Below are positions 41,901 to 51,677 of a stretch of 64,000 bases of DNA, piece after piece. A program made the translations under genes and the position numbers. The notes beneath the pieces were generated by a model. It worked only from the letters and a program-made list of their open reading frames with translations, did not search any database and had not been told where the DNA came from. Source of the stretch: a virus. The stretch lies in IMG/VR virus record IMGVR_UViG_3300042945_003044. One strand, 5' to 3'. Each line of letters opens with the position of its first letter. The first letter of the stretch is position 1.

Positions 41901-44900
41901 CCATCCTCGTTTAGGATGGATACCTTCACCGAATTCTCAGGATACAGCCCTGTCGTCTTTGGCCAACGACAGTCTGTATCAGCAGCATAAAAATAAAAAT
42001 TCTGTATTAAAATGGAAGATGGATAAAAAAAATACATTCGTTTTTAAAGGCCTAGGTATATATGGTTTAAAAGCTTCTTATTATCACGACAAGCAACTTG
42101 CTCCTAGTTATAAAAGATCAGCTATCTATATTACAAACAGAAGCGGGGTTCCTTATAGCGATTATACTGGTCATGATAATAATCTTGGATATAGAAGTTC
42201 GAGCGATGCTTACGAATATATGTCTGATGAGTACCATGTAGATATTTTAAATGCTGGCTTAGCAGATATGACTTGTGATATTACTAATAACGCAGTGGTT
42301 TATGGGATCGATAGGCCGGATATAGATTCGTTAACGATTAGGGATATTGAAGTTAGAATTAATAACTTAAACTATCCAAATATTAAACATATGGTAGTTT
42401 GGCTAGAAGCTTCGAATGCCGCGTGGTCTGGAATCAATAATACCACAGATATACTTGATAATCCAAATCAGATAGATATATCCACAGTAGGATCACAATT
42501 TGCCGATTTAGCAGCGTACAGGACGGCATTGATTAATATGAACGCTAATCCTGATCCTAGTACCAGGCGACTATATTTATTAAACAGAGACTATATTGAA
42601 GACTATACTTATAATTATAGTATAACATTTTCGGATAATACTTCTTTGGATATGGGTGGTAATCCTAATAAAATCAACAGTGAAGTTTTATTTAAGAATA
42701 ATCAAACATATACTCAAAACCACAAGATTAAGCCCACGCTCACTCCTAATGGGTACGACGATGCTGCGTGTTCGATATATAGGTCTTCAATGGTTAAGAA
42801 CGGACTTATTCCCAAAGAAGCCTGCCTGCATAAATTTAATGGCTTACCACTCAAAGACACAACGTTTGCGCTTTATGTAGGAATATGGGACTATGAAGAC
42901 AATTTTATTGTAAGAGATATGAATCCATGGAATGCTACTTTGCTGGGTATGAAAGGGGTCACAGATAAAGTAAAACCAGGTATATTAAGCAATGCCTTGT
43001 GTTCTTGGGATCTCATAATACATACAGATAAGACTACTAGATCAGAGCCAACTGATCCCATTGGTCTATTTGATCGTAAAAATCAAGACCCAACTTTTAC
43101 CAACGGCAGCAGTTTTATAGCAAATTTCAAGGACCGCAAACATCTTATTCCACAAGTAAATTTAAATGCTCCATATAATTATCTTGATAATTCGAATTTT
43201 TGTGCTTATAAAGAACCAGAATTAACCACGGCTACGAGATTTAATATGGTGGAATTCCCCACCTGGGCAATATTACAGATTATAACAGCCATGACGCCAG
43301 TCTATGGTGGTGGCGGTTCGGTTTTTACTGGAGATCCTAGTACTGGGTATGGTGCTATTTATGATTTTTTTGCTCAAAATAGAGCCTCTAATCTTACAGA
43401 AATACAACAACGTAAAACACAAGTAGGAAGATATTCTAGACGACCATTTGGGGCCTCAGACAAAGCGCTCGTGGCGATTAGTAACGACGGTAATGTTTGG
43501 TATAAAACAGAACTACCTATTTTTAGATACGACAACTGCCATACTCTGCAAAATAATCAGTATTCATATATTAAGCTCAAAAAAAATAATATACCTTTTT
43601 TATCTCATTTTGATTTTCAGTTCTTCGCAGAATCTGACGCAGAGTTTTTACCTAGCGCCTCCGACTGGGCCGACAGCCTATTCAAGCACAAGTATATTGT
43701 TGATAATGCGGTGGTTGGGTTTAGTGGAGGCTTTACCTCTACAGATTTAATAGGGAATAAGTCTGTTATAAAGATCTATGGCCCAAGGGCGTATTATCTT
43801 TTTGACACTAATGATACCATTAGTATTTCTAGTCCCACGACAACAGACGCAAACAGAATGGTTAATAGAACAATAGCTTCTAAAGCTTTAATATCTATTA
43901 ACAATAAAGAATACACGGTATTTAAACTCAATACTAACATAAATGATGCATCGTATTTTACTAAACCAGAAGACAATCAAGACACCTTGATCATTTTTAA
44001 AAATGACTATACTACGATAGGGGGTGCAACTCCTATCAATATATGGGGCTTAGAGAAATCTCAGACACCAAGAAAAACACCAGATAGACACTTTAGCGCA
44101 TTTGGAGAGGGCTCATATGGTAGAGGAGTAGAGAATATTAGGGAAAATACTTTGTCTTATTTATTCGATCAGAATCATATAGAACCTATTTATGAAAATA
44201 TTAATCATAAACATAAATTTTTATTTAGATTTGATTCTATAAAAGTCAATAATTTAGATATCAATTTAGAAAATATTGCGTCTCCTACACGCAATAACAC
44301 TATAAGGGGCTTTCCTTGGTCAATAGATACTGAACAAAGAGGATTACTTAAGCAGTATGTTTTACTGGGTAAACCGTCACCACAACTACTGCAACAGATA
44401 GATAACCTGAAAAAACAGAAAGAGACCGCTAGAAAAAACATTACAGACGAAGACGCTTTAAAAGCAAGATTACACGCTATTGATGCTTCTATACCAGTGT
44501 CGCAAGTTGAAATAATGTTTATTCCAGATCTTAAAGCATATATCTCTTTTCTAGAGCCAGATTTGGAAGATTGCGACCCGTGCTTAAAAGATAGTGCGGA
44601 AAAACTTTTAAAAATTAAAGAGGAGCAAATAGCTCCATTTTACAAATTTAACACCTCTTATGCCTTTATAGATCTAAGACTAGATAGATTTAAAAGTAGT
44701 TCGGAAGTACCGGATACTGGAACCATATCTATAGCTAATGATTTTATTTTTAATCAGCCTCAAAATAAGCTAGATGCGAATACAATTAATACTATAAATA
44801 CTAGAATAGCTTTTTTAACAACTAAATCTCAAGCGTTTGAAAATAGACTCAATATAGCAAAAGAGGAGGATTCTTTTCCTACAAATATAACACTAACCGA

Positions 44901-46023
44901 ACTAAAAGCGCTATCTATTCCTGATTTGGGGTCATATCTGGCTTTATTGTCTAGTGAAGATGAGCCGACTAGTTGCTTGACCCCAAATTATGTAGAAGAA
45001 GATTGTCGTATAGGGTTTACTTCCAGACTAATACAAAAAAGACACGAAGAGCTACAAACATTGACTAGGTTGAGAGATACCAATAATCTTTATACCGAGG
45101 GAATATTACCGGTAATACAAAGGTCTGTGACGACTGGTGCCGATGGAGAATTAACCGAACAAATTTCTTATAATACAGATTATTTTTGGGTGCATATAGA
45201 CCCAGATCAAAAGTGTTCACTAGCAACAGATATGACAACTAAAATTATGAAAGAAGTAAAATATAATTGTATACCTAATAGCGCAAATATTAATGGAGTA
45301 GGTATATTAGGAAAAGAAAATCAACAAGTATGCCCGGAAACCGCTTCTATAACTGGCGGGGACGAGGATGTAAGCTCTGAAGGCCCTGGTAAAACTATAT
45401 ACTCCTTAACTGGTGGCAGAAGCAGGGATTTGGCTGCGGCACCAGGGGTATCAAGCTGGCAAGAGATACAAATTGGTAGCACGGATATTACATTTACAGA
45501 AAGATATATGTGGCTCAATGGCGGAGAGGGAGATTCCTCTCATTTAGATACATTGGTTGCTATTTTCGAGAAATACGATATACCCAGCAACGCTAGAAAA
45601 CCAAGAACAGAGGTTCGTCTTGGCGACGTTATAGACGTTAATAATGCAGATAATATTAAAATTAGATTTATACGTATTCCTAGAAAATATAAAGAATATG
45701 ATCAGCATTATGATAGATATCAGCCTAATTGGTTAGGACAATTAGGTAAAACCACGCCCGGCAGAGGATTGGGAGGAGAAACGCAGTGGGGGTTTGATTG
45801 CTGGGTATGTTTAGATAAAAATACTGGTAGATATGTTAACCCACCAGATGGATACAAAATGCAGAATGAAATGATTTATAGGGCATTTTTTGGTAGCGTA
45901 GACGGAGTAGAAAACAAGAATAGTATTATGACAGAAACCAAGGAGCCTTGGGAGTGGATTCCATATGAATATGATGCCACAGATCCTCCGCAGGCCCCGG
46001 CTTCGCCACCAGCAAATGGTTAA
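38989..46023 (+). CDS. Giant virion-associated protein (2344 aa) with PKD-like and proprotein-convertase P-like segments
   Basis: 'FWEQVEGP...TGKYVVRMT..QTDTLTIYV' (PKD-like); 'IRDIEVRINNL..IKHMVVWL...KFNGLP..FALYV...LCSWDLII' (P-domain-like). Last gene of the + strand block. Confidence 0.55.
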   Translation: MYKDDKINQCTIYNSAFIDDILPYTLGLNSDDQLSLKFNNNVVSNVDFKINQLRELITQSKNLLGVSDPELLKDVWIPIFITNDNYVQNKEIKRYGTNKKKIFGIEDFISFRGEYKNWIINNANTKLSSDWYTHSNDISYNIDYSIMCWYRLESNNIYSTHVSIKNIPNGYPVVCNQALSYTDNGRSVNISTNDILIKKNDSTLLLPHKDNSIIGSSTEISSSANMTFNSEQSVFNLSKVEDLATLNPLFKVHTETIMGLTTDGQRSNDRLWIADGEAYSYSLNKRRQKEDFSSGICTHTYLSPSLFYKANSIYHRLTAAQIKLANGSSLPKDKAKALRKLSYFLATAPTIDRVSLDLLYHPEIQQLLSTFLNTDIAANLTMTTVDINKEITLFAKLLYQIMVRYKNLSSNATFVGSLSSSLVTSKKDLFKRIINKYPAHLRITSDTNVSYKHLMPDGPNFSCRRLWRSFCDKTLRHNNFEDLGPDQTWRLILYNNEKIECQGLELETNFTRNTSEILLDNTGSNAVDAPEQELNNKLLPLADITRSPLGAVYNVGGPGDFGTSPALDLGPSIKITLSDDDLRWDFTQSPPAIVTEKSFFVGGVDQTQNFTNYRNRAFWEQVEGPDCLRFSNCAIDPNIKGKCAYTIKQKTTTDEMPKIWIRSTGKYVVRMTMFSPFDTQTDTLTIYVANSAGEYEPGKIVPSEAIDISSRIDEFPANLPVGADSENTIPNDILKTMCCNLSQFALGKQGLFWPLKSDSYAIVPLAPNVIGTTGDFSVPGMVKLQDTGPYFGVKKNNSINNKPLTFTIKPNNTIIYIDNMILEHIRDGSDKYTNCNSLLIDLLYASPTKLGSRPTGTSGYYRRRRGLARTLNRFFARHETPTVAPSGDIIVNFDDPRTSMKFAPPVKAYGGYDQKVVNSLGITIPYHPAPSGTMPVLLTKHNFETPDNILCHKKYLNINSSGDIIFSKGTFHPRLGWIPSPNSQDTALSSLANDSLYQQHKNKNSVLKWKMDKKNTFVFKGLGIYGLKASYYHDKQLAPSYKRSAIYITNRSGVPYSDYTGHDNNLGYRSSSDAYEYMSDEYHVDILNAGLADMTCDITNNAVVYGIDRPDIDSLTIRDIEVRINNLNYPNIKHMVVWLEASNAAWSGINNTTDILDNPNQIDISTVGSQFADLAAYRTALINMNANPDPSTRRLYLLNRDYIEDYTYNYSITFSDNTSLDMGGNPNKINSEVLFKNNQTYTQNHKIKPTLTPNGYDDAACSIYRSSMVKNGLIPKEACLHKFNGLPLKDTTFALYVGIWDYEDNFIVRDMNPWNATLLGMKGVTDKVKPGILSNALCSWDLIIHTDKTTRSEPTDPIGLFDRKNQDPTFTNGSSFIANFKDRKHLIPQVNLNAPYNYLDNSNFCAYKEPELTTATRFNMVEFPTWAILQIITAMTPVYGGGGSVFTGDPSTGYGAIYDFFAQNRASNLTEIQQRKTQVGRYSRRPFGASDKALVAISNDGNVWYKTELPIFRYDNCHTLQNNQYSYIKLKKNNIPFLSHFDFQFFAESDAEFLPSASDWADSLFKHKYIVDNAVVGFSGGFTSTDLIGNKSVIKIYGPRAYYLFDTNDTISISSPTTTDANRMVNRTIASKALISINNKEYTVFKLNTNINDASYFTKPEDNQDTLIIFKNDYTTIGGATPINIWGLEKSQTPRKTPDRHFSAFGEGSYGRGVENIRENTLSYLFDQNHIEPIYENINHKHKFLFRFDSIKVNNLDINLENIASPTRNNTIRGFPWSIDTEQRGLLKQYVLLGKPSPQLLQQIDNLKKQKETARKNITDEDALKARLHAIDASIPVSQVEIMFIPDLKAYISFLEPDLEDCDPCLKDSAEKLLKIKEEQIAPFYKFNTSYAFIDLRLDRFKSSSEVPDTGTISIANDFIFNQPQNKLDANTINTINTRIAFLTTKSQAFENRLNIAKEEDSFPTNITLTELKALSIPDLGSYLALLSSEDEPTSCLTPNYVEEDCRIGFTSRLIQKRHEELQTLTRLRDTNNLYTEGILPVIQRSVTTGADGELTEQISYNTDYFWVHIDPDQKCSLATDMTTKIMKEVKYNCIPNSANINGVGILGKENQQVCPETASITGGDEDVSSEGPGKTIYSLTGGRSRDLAAAPGVSSWQEIQIGSTDITFTERYMWLNGGEGDSSHLDTLVAIFEKYDIPSNARKPRTEVRLGDVIDVNNADNIKIRFIRIPRKYKEYDQHYDRYQPNWLGQLGKTTPGRGLGGETQWGFDCWVCLDKNTGRYVNPPDGYKMQNEMIYRAFFGSVDGVENKNSIMTETKEPWEWIPYEYDATDPPQAPASPPANG

Positions 46024-46035
46024 ATTTCAATAAAA

Positions 46036-46374
46036 CTATTTTTTAGTTTTTTGAGACTCTTCTTTTTGGTATTTGTGCCACCCCTTATTTGGCAACCAAT
46101 TGCCGTCATCATCTTTTCTTTTGGGAAATAGGGTGCCTCCCTTTTTGTGCTGTCCGAATGCTAGAATTGCTCCACAATCAGCACATCTTAATTCATAGTA
46201 ATCGTTGCCTTCCACAGAACGTACTATGAATCTTAGGTTGGTGCTTTGACACAAGCCGCACTTCTCTTCCGAAAAGATTTCTTGTATCAGTGCTAGCTCT
46301 TTGAAGATTTCTTTTTGTCCCGCTCCCTCAAGCTCGAACTGTAGTTTATCGCTTGCTTTATATATAACTTTCAT
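46036..46374 (-). CDS. Hypothetical zinc-finger protein
   Basis: Likely start ATG 46374; CGLC and CADC pairs; 'LAFGQHKKGGTLFPKRK'. Confidence 0.7.
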   Translation of the reverse strand: MKVIYKASDKLQFELEGAGQKEIFKELALIQEIFSEEKCGLCQSTNLRFIVRSVEGNDYYELRCADCGAILAFGQHKKGGTLFPKRKDDDGNWLPNKGWHKYQKEESQKTKK

Positions 46375-46375
46375 A

Positions 46376-47116
46376 TTATTCTTTCCATGTTGTAGCATAG
46401 CCGAATAGGTCTTGTGTGATCAAGGATATATCCTGCTGATACTTTGATAACATTCTAATTAATTTAACAGCATCTTCGTGAGGCATATCATAGACATTAT
46501 CGTATTTTATGCCATTTGACTCTAATACTTTTGATACGTTTATATTAAGCCTTTGGGCCATAACGTCAACAAAATTAATTTGATTATTTGTTATTTTTGA
46601 AACAGTATTACTATCGGGATGATCCTCTATTTCTTGAGCTAATTCTTCAGCTGCTACCACCTTTCTTAATCTTAGGGCTCTTCTAAGCGCCCTACCTTCT
46701 GCCCTGGTTTCGGCTACGGCCACAGGATGATTACGGTAGATCTTGTCGCAATTGCCCCAATAAACGTCTGCGGCGCCGTCTACACAGACAGTATTTAAAT
46801 CTGGCTTGTCCTGGTGGCCAGGATTTAAAACGTATGTTAGAGAGTGTACCACGGTAGCCCTTTTCTCATTGTCTGGACTCGGGGATTGTACCACCTGTGT
46901 ATTAGAAGATATTATTTTACAGCTCATCGCTTCTTCAAATACTCTACGTAATCCGTCGGTGGTAGGGTTGCCGCTTATTTTTTCATCATCAGACAAAAGG
47001 CCTAATACATATTCGGTCCATTCCAGATCTCCTATGGATGGTTTTTTGACCACATTTTCTTGGACAGCGGTTTTTTCTTCTGTATGAACAGAGTCGTTTT
47101 TTTTATTCTTACTCAT
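46376..47116 (-). CDS. Putative Rad52/Sak-like ssDNA annealing protein
   Basis: 'DGLRR...DGAADV...AVAETRAEGRALRRALRL' resembles the Rad52-superfamily core; the C-terminal 'ITNNQINFV' helical module is typical of phage annealing proteins. Confidence 0.5.
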   Translation of the reverse strand: MSKNKKNDSVHTEEKTAVQENVVKKPSIGDLEWTEYVLGLLSDDEKISGNPTTDGLRRVFEEAMSCKIISSNTQVVQSPSPDNEKRATVVHSLTYVLNPGHQDKPDLNTVCVDGAADVYWGNCDKIYRNHPVAVAETRAEGRALRRALRLRKVVAAEELAQEIEDHPDSNTVSKITNNQINFVDVMAQRLNINVSKVLESNGIKYDNVYDMPHEDAVKLIRMLSKYQQDISLITQDLFGYATTWKE

Positions 47117-47921
47117 GAGTGTCCTTTATTGCTATAATTCTATCTTCTATACTTGGAAATTTGTTATCAATACTTTTTAAGATTTTTTCTAAAGCCTCGC
47201 ACACAAGATTGGCTCTAGTTTTTGAAAAATCTTTGGTTTGCTTTATCCTAATTAATACGTATCCTTTTCCTATTAGGAGTCCTTCTTTTTTTTGATCGTA
47301 TTTTATATTTTTAGCCAAAGTTTCTTCGCCCCAAACCGGTTGAAAATGAGAAGGGCCGTCAACCTCTATTGCTGTGTTCATAGTAGGTAGAAAAAGATCG
47401 ATCTGCAACTTTGTGTTTGACAAAACTTGTTCTTTGTGAAAATCAACACGCCAGCCTTTACCAATAAGATATTCTAAAATATGGTTTTCTAATTTGGAAC
47501 CCCTCTTACTAGACAACCTAACTGCCTCATTAGCTTTTTTAATCATATTGCTTTTTTTGTCATCAGATAAGTTTTCCCACTGGTCTTTTTTTTGTTTGAT
47601 AATTTTTTGTTTAGATATATCGTCCATTCCTTCCCAAGACTTTATTAGACCCATTCCTATTTTTGACTTAGTTGTTTCTGATCTAGATGTTCCTAGGGTT
47701 GGGTGTTTATGCTTACCTGTCTGTAATGCGTTTTGTTGAGCGGCAGATTTATCTCTAATTTTAATACCTAGTTTTTTTGCATCTCTACGCACCTTATTTG
47801 CGTATGTACCTAATTGTTCCGCAACATCAGCAAAGCTTTTTTGTTTTTTGATATATAAATCAGTTATTAGCTTTTTTTTATCGCTGTCCGATAAAGAACT
47901 ATAAGATTTTGCATAACTCAT
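47109..47921 (-). CDS. HTH/NUMOD3-like plus Vsr/DUF559-type endonuclease (homing-endonuclease-like)
   Basis: N-terminal HTH ('SFADVAEQLGTYANKVRR'); 'GTSRSETTKSKIG' NUMOD3-like motif; C-terminal 'SKLE...IDLFLP..AIEVDGPSH..D..K...GYVLIRI'. Confidence 0.7.
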   Translation of the reverse strand: MSYAKSYSSLSDSDKKKLITDLYIKKQKSFADVAEQLGTYANKVRRDAKKLGIKIRDKSAAQQNALQTGKHKHPTLGTSRSETTKSKIGMGLIKSWEGMDDISKQKIIKQKKDQWENLSDDKKSNMIKKANEAVRLSSKRGSKLENHILEYLIGKGWRVDFHKEQVLSNTKLQIDLFLPTMNTAIEVDGPSHFQPVWGEETLAKNIKYDQKKEGLLIGKGYVLIRIKQTKDFSKTRANLVCEALEKILKSIDNKFPSIEDRIIAIKDTHE

Positions 47922-48354
47922 TTGGATTAAGATCTCCTAATACTGCGGTTGGATTTTTCCATATATTACTATATATAGTAGCTATGTCCGGGGTTTGTGC
48001 TATAATTTTTACCCTATCATTTTCTAGTAGTTCAGACCAAAAACTAAATTTTGTAGAGGTATCGGTCATCCACGGAATATTTTGCGCATAATAATATATA
48101 TTTTTAGCGCAATATGAGGACACTGATATCATTAAACCTACTATGTCAAAAACAAATAAATCTCCTCGAAAAAATTTCGCTTGATTTATATGTAATACTG
48201 GAATATTTTTTGTGTCTATATTATTATAGCTATTAAATATTAGAATATTTAAATCTGGTCGCACGTTCATAAGATGACGCAATGATTCTATTATTTCCTC
48301 GGATTGACGACCATCTAAATGTAATAATACAAAACCTATTATATTTTTATTCAT
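47899..48354 (-). CDS. Hypothetical protein, possible glycosyltransferase N-lobe-like fragment
   Basis: 151 aa alpha/beta protein at the end of the glycosylation cluster ('IYYYAQNIPW', 'IIAQT'). Confidence 0.45.
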   Translation of the reverse strand: MNKNIIGFVLLHLDGRQSEEIIESLRHLMNVRPDLNILIFNSYNNIDTKNIPVLHINQAKFFRGDLFVFDIVGLMISVSSYCAKNIYYYAQNIPWMTDTSTKFSFWSELLENDRVKIIAQTPDIATIYSNIWKNPTAVLGDLNPNELCKIL

Positions 48355-49067
48355 AGTAAAAACTCTATAAATTTAGAGATATCGGCACCACCTTTATATA
48401 GATTTTTATCAATAGGTTGCATATTTTTATGGTCTAAGACCGTAATTCCACATGCAATCGCCTCATATATATAACTGTCATTTATATTAAGAAAATACTT
48501 ATAAGTTTGTAATATATTAGCTTTTTCATGTTCTGATATTATTCCAACATTATATGTATTTGCTATATCGGGGTTATCAAATAGTCTAATCATGGTTTCT
48601 TTTTTAGAGTCAGAAAGCATAAGATATTTTGTTAGATTAAACGGAATCTCTGATACTTCCCCAAGAAAACCGGCCATGATATTGCTTCTAGGAGTATTGG
48701 ATGATCTATCAAAGAATATGTGGTTATTTATATATTTTTGAATATTCACGCATCCAGGATTATCTGTCTCCTGATTCAATAGATGGGTGACCTTATTATT
48801 GATTTGCTCTACTAATACGAGGTCTGCATTATGATGGTATAGAAAAATTTTTATCTTGTCAGATTCAGCGTACTCCTCTATAAACATCATAACAGTGTCG
48901 TCTATAGTTTTTGTGTCTATAATATAGTTTGGAATACCACTATAAGGATATTTAAAAATATTGTCATTGCTTATCGCAAAATGCGATTCAATCTTACAAA
49001 GCTTAAGATTCTCTATAAATCTATACTTTAATTGCGAACTATCTATACAAAAATAACATTTTTTCAT
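48351..49067 (-). CDS. Divergent GT-B glycosyltransferase-like protein
   Basis: C-terminal 'EKANILQTYKYFL...YIYEAIACGITV' resembles a GT-B donor-binding motif. Confidence 0.45.
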   Translation of the reverse strand: MKKCYFCIDSSQLKYRFIENLKLCKIESHFAISNDNIFKYPYSGIPNYIIDTKTIDDTVMMFIEEYAESDKIKIFLYHHNADLVLVEQINNKVTHLLNQETDNPGCVNIQKYINNHIFFDRSSNTPRSNIMAGFLGEVSEIPFNLTKYLMLSDSKKETMIRLFDNPDIANTYNVGIISEHEKANILQTYKYFLNINDSYIYEAIACGITVLDHKNMQPIDKNLYKGGADISKFIEFLL

Positions 49068-49744
49068 ATTGAGGAAAATCTTTTTGCCTTAAGAATGTCT
49101 TTATGTGACCCTACTTTAAATATATTTTTTTTGTCTATTACATTAGTGGAAAACTCTATATTTTGATCTATTAGTTTGTTGATAAGTTCAAAAAGATACA
49201 GTTGCCCAAAAACATTTTTATTTAAAAGCCGCATATTGTCGATACTCTTTTCATCTAAGAATACGCATTCTGACCAAGTGTGTGGTAGGTCATAGAAGAT
49301 ATATTTGGCCGCTTGTGTACCAAGACTTCCTAAACTAAAGTTTTCTTTTTGATTATTCAGATAATATAAGGTTGATTTATCACTGGTTTTTATTTTTGGA
49401 TACTCTTTAAAAAGTATGCCGCTACCAACAATAAATAAGTTTTTAATGTCTGATAAATACTGTATTGCTGTTAATATAGCATGAGTTTGATTAGATTTAG
49501 CATAGTATGGGTCAACGATAGAAGTGACGGATTTATGTTTATTATTTAGATATTTTCTTACCTTTTCGTTTTCGAACCCTGTTAATACGCTAATTCTAGC
49601 GTGCTTAAATTGTGACTTAGCTTTGGATAGCTGATAGTCTAGCACAGACATATTGTTATTCAGTGATAGCAGACATTTTGGCCCTATAGATTTCATACCC
49701 TTAGTAATCTCAGAAGCTAAAAATAAAATATTTACATCACTCAT
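49064..49744 (-). CDS. Nucleotidyltransferase-like protein (sugar/choline-phosphate NTP-transferase fold)
   Basis: 'ILFLASEITKGMKSIGPKCLL...VLDYQL...VLTGFENEKV...YAKSN'; the Gly-rich loop is degenerate. Confidence 0.65.
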   Translation of the reverse strand: MSDVNILFLASEITKGMKSIGPKCLLSLNNNMSVLDYQLSKAKSQFKHARISVLTGFENEKVRKYLNNKHKSVTSIVDPYYAKSNQTHAILTAIQYLSDIKNLFIVGSGILFKEYPKIKTSDKSTLYYLNNQKENFSLGSLGTQAAKYIFYDLPHTWSECVFLDEKSIDNMRLLNKNVFGQLYLFELINKLIDQNIEFSTNVIDKKNIFKVGSHKDILKAKRFSSI

Positions 49745-50492
49745 AATATACTACTCTGGGATTTTCATACTTATTGACAGCTTTTTCTAAAGAAGCATAT
49801 CCATCTTTTATAAAAACATAGTATTCAAAAGGTAAGAATAGTCCATAAATATCTTTTATAGTCATTGAGTTATGGGTAATAAAATCGCAATCTGGTTGGT
49901 AAATATGTAGAATCTCTTTAATAGAAGATATAGACTTATTAAGATCTGGTATATTGTCTATTTTCCAAATCCAAAAATATTGGGTATTATTCCTTCTCAT
50001 ATTTGTATCTAATATCATATTGAGCACTTGGCCTATTTCGCCCTTCTCAAATATGCAGTGTATCTTATATCCATATTTTCTATTGGCATCGGATTCTATA
50101 AGGTCTATATACTTCTTAGCATCTTCATCATTATCGACAATAATAGATAGGTATCCAGGACAGCCATCTTCTGTGTTTATTTTATTAATAAGAGAGTTAT
50201 CGAAAGAGACTCCTCTAGCGTCAACAACCAGATAATATCGTAATTTAAGTCTCTCTAGTAGTTTATTTTTAAGGTCCATACCCTTGATATGTTCTTGATT
50301 GCTGTCATAAGCAGATTTAGAGAAACCATATCGACACAAATAGTTATTTATTTTGTAATACCCGTGTTCTATGCTAATGTCTTTTTCTTTTATGTTTTTT
50401 ATCTTATCCACAATACCGAATTCGCATTTTGGCTCGTGGTCTTGTGCAGCGGGCGACGAAAAAATACAGTTTTTGCAGTTGGTGTCTTTCAT
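49737..50492 (-). CDS. Hypothetical protein with an N-terminal Cys cluster
   Basis: CKNC..C..C N-terminus; inside the glycosylation cluster. Confidence 0.6.
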   Translation of the reverse strand: MKDTNCKNCIFSSPAAQDHEPKCEFGIVDKIKNIKEKDISIEHGYYKINNYLCRYGFSKSAYDSNQEHIKGMDLKNKLLERLKLRYYLVVDARGVSFDNSLINKINTEDGCPGYLSIIVDNDEDAKKYIDLIESDANRKYGYKIHCIFEKGEIGQVLNMILDTNMRRNNTQYFWIWKIDNIPDLNKSISSIKEILHIYQPDCDFITHNSMTIKDIYGLFLPFEYYVFIKDGYASLEKAVNKYENPRVVYYE

Positions 50493-50493
50493 G

Positions 50494-50907
50494 TTAAACG
50501 GCTATTCTTTCTATAGTTATGTTTAATATAAATTGTTCTTTGTTGATATTTTTAAGCGTAATATCTGTATTGCTTTTTAATACTGATATAAAATATGAGA
50601 TATCAAAGCTGAATCCTTTATTATCCTCTATGATATTAAGGAATTCTGTTTCCTCTACAGCCCCAGATAAATAGTGTTTAGCCAAATCTTTCATATCTAA
50701 TATGTTAAAAGACAGTACTCCATTTAAACAAAGCTTTTTGGATAGTTTTAGTATAGTTTCGTATACGGACTCATCGATATTCATGAGAACGCCTGGAGAT
50801 TGTATTTCTATCTCTTGAGCATAATAATTGGGTATCTGCGCGCTTTGCTCTATGGTTATGGAGTTGGTATCGTTTGGTACGTGTGATATTATAAATGATT
50901 TGATCAT
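50494..50907 (-). CDS. Hypothetical protein, possibly a degenerate methyltransferase-like fold
   Basis: 'LKLSKKLCLNGVLSFNILD' resembles the 'LKPGG.L' segment of class I methyltransferases, but no SAM-binding motif I is visible. Confidence 0.4.
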   Translation of the reverse strand: MIKSFIISHVPNDTNSITIEQSAQIPNYYAQEIEIQSPGVLMNIDESVYETILKLSKKLCLNGVLSFNILDMKDLAKHYLSGAVEETEFLNIIEDNKGFSFDISYFISVLKSNTDITLKNINKEQFILNITIERIAV

Positions 50908-51677
50908 AAAATGAATGGTGTTGATACGACGTGATTAATATGAGACATTAAGCGATCCACAAACTTATCAAAATTATACAAGTTATCGAATTCATTCATG
51001 TTGTCTTCGCGAGCATGCTCTGAATAAATAAGATCATGTATTTTATTGTCTTCTATAAGTCTGAGATATTTGTTTTTAGCGAACTGATTCTTGAAGGTTA
51101 TTGGTAGGCAGCCGGCTCGATAGCCCGCTAAAAGATCTATCTTATTGGTGTTATTTAATAAGACCTTATACTGACTTAAGAAACCATATATCTCTTGTAT
51201 ATCTCTATTATAAAAGATTTTTGGGTCTATAGCATCATATTTAATATTCTGAGAATCCAAGAACCTAATTATCATTTCTGTGTGATAAGGATCCTTATCT
51301 CTGATGTATAATAATGTTTTATTTTGAATAGACAATGGCTTTATTGGTTTTGGTAGACCATAAGAGTCATCCGCTAAATTAAATTGGTATACATGCTCAC
51401 AATTTTCTGATTCGTCTTCGATTTCTGAGATACGTAGATTAACAATATTAGTATGAAAATATTTAGCGATTTCATTTTCTTTTCCACTATATGCGTTATC
51501 GTACAACAGTACGCATGAAGCCCCGCACGTAATGTCTGATTCATATAGAGTTAGAGTCATGCCCGGTATTGAGCCGAGTATGCTGTCCATTACAGAGCCA
51601 TGGGGATAGTATACTATCCTATGATTTTTTGTGCCTTTGATGGCGGTTCTTGCTATATTAGATAGTTTATAGTTCAT
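50904..51677 (-). CDS. Divergent glycosyltransferase-like protein
   Basis: 'FLSQYKVLLNNT..LLAGYRAGCLPITF...YNFDKFV' resembles a GT-B C-lobe. Confidence 0.45.
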   Translation of the reverse strand: MNYKLSNIARTAIKGTKNHRIVYYPHGSVMDSILGSIPGMTLTLYESDITCGASCVLLYDNAYSGKENEIAKYFHTNIVNLRISEIEDESENCEHVYQFNLADDSYGLPKPIKPLSIQNKTLLYIRDKDPYHTEMIIRFLDSQNIKYDAIDPKIFYNRDIQEIYGFLSQYKVLLNNTNKIDLLAGYRAGCLPITFKNQFAKNKYLRLIEDNKIHDLIYSEHAREDNMNEFDNLYNFDKFVDRLMSHINHVVSTPFIL

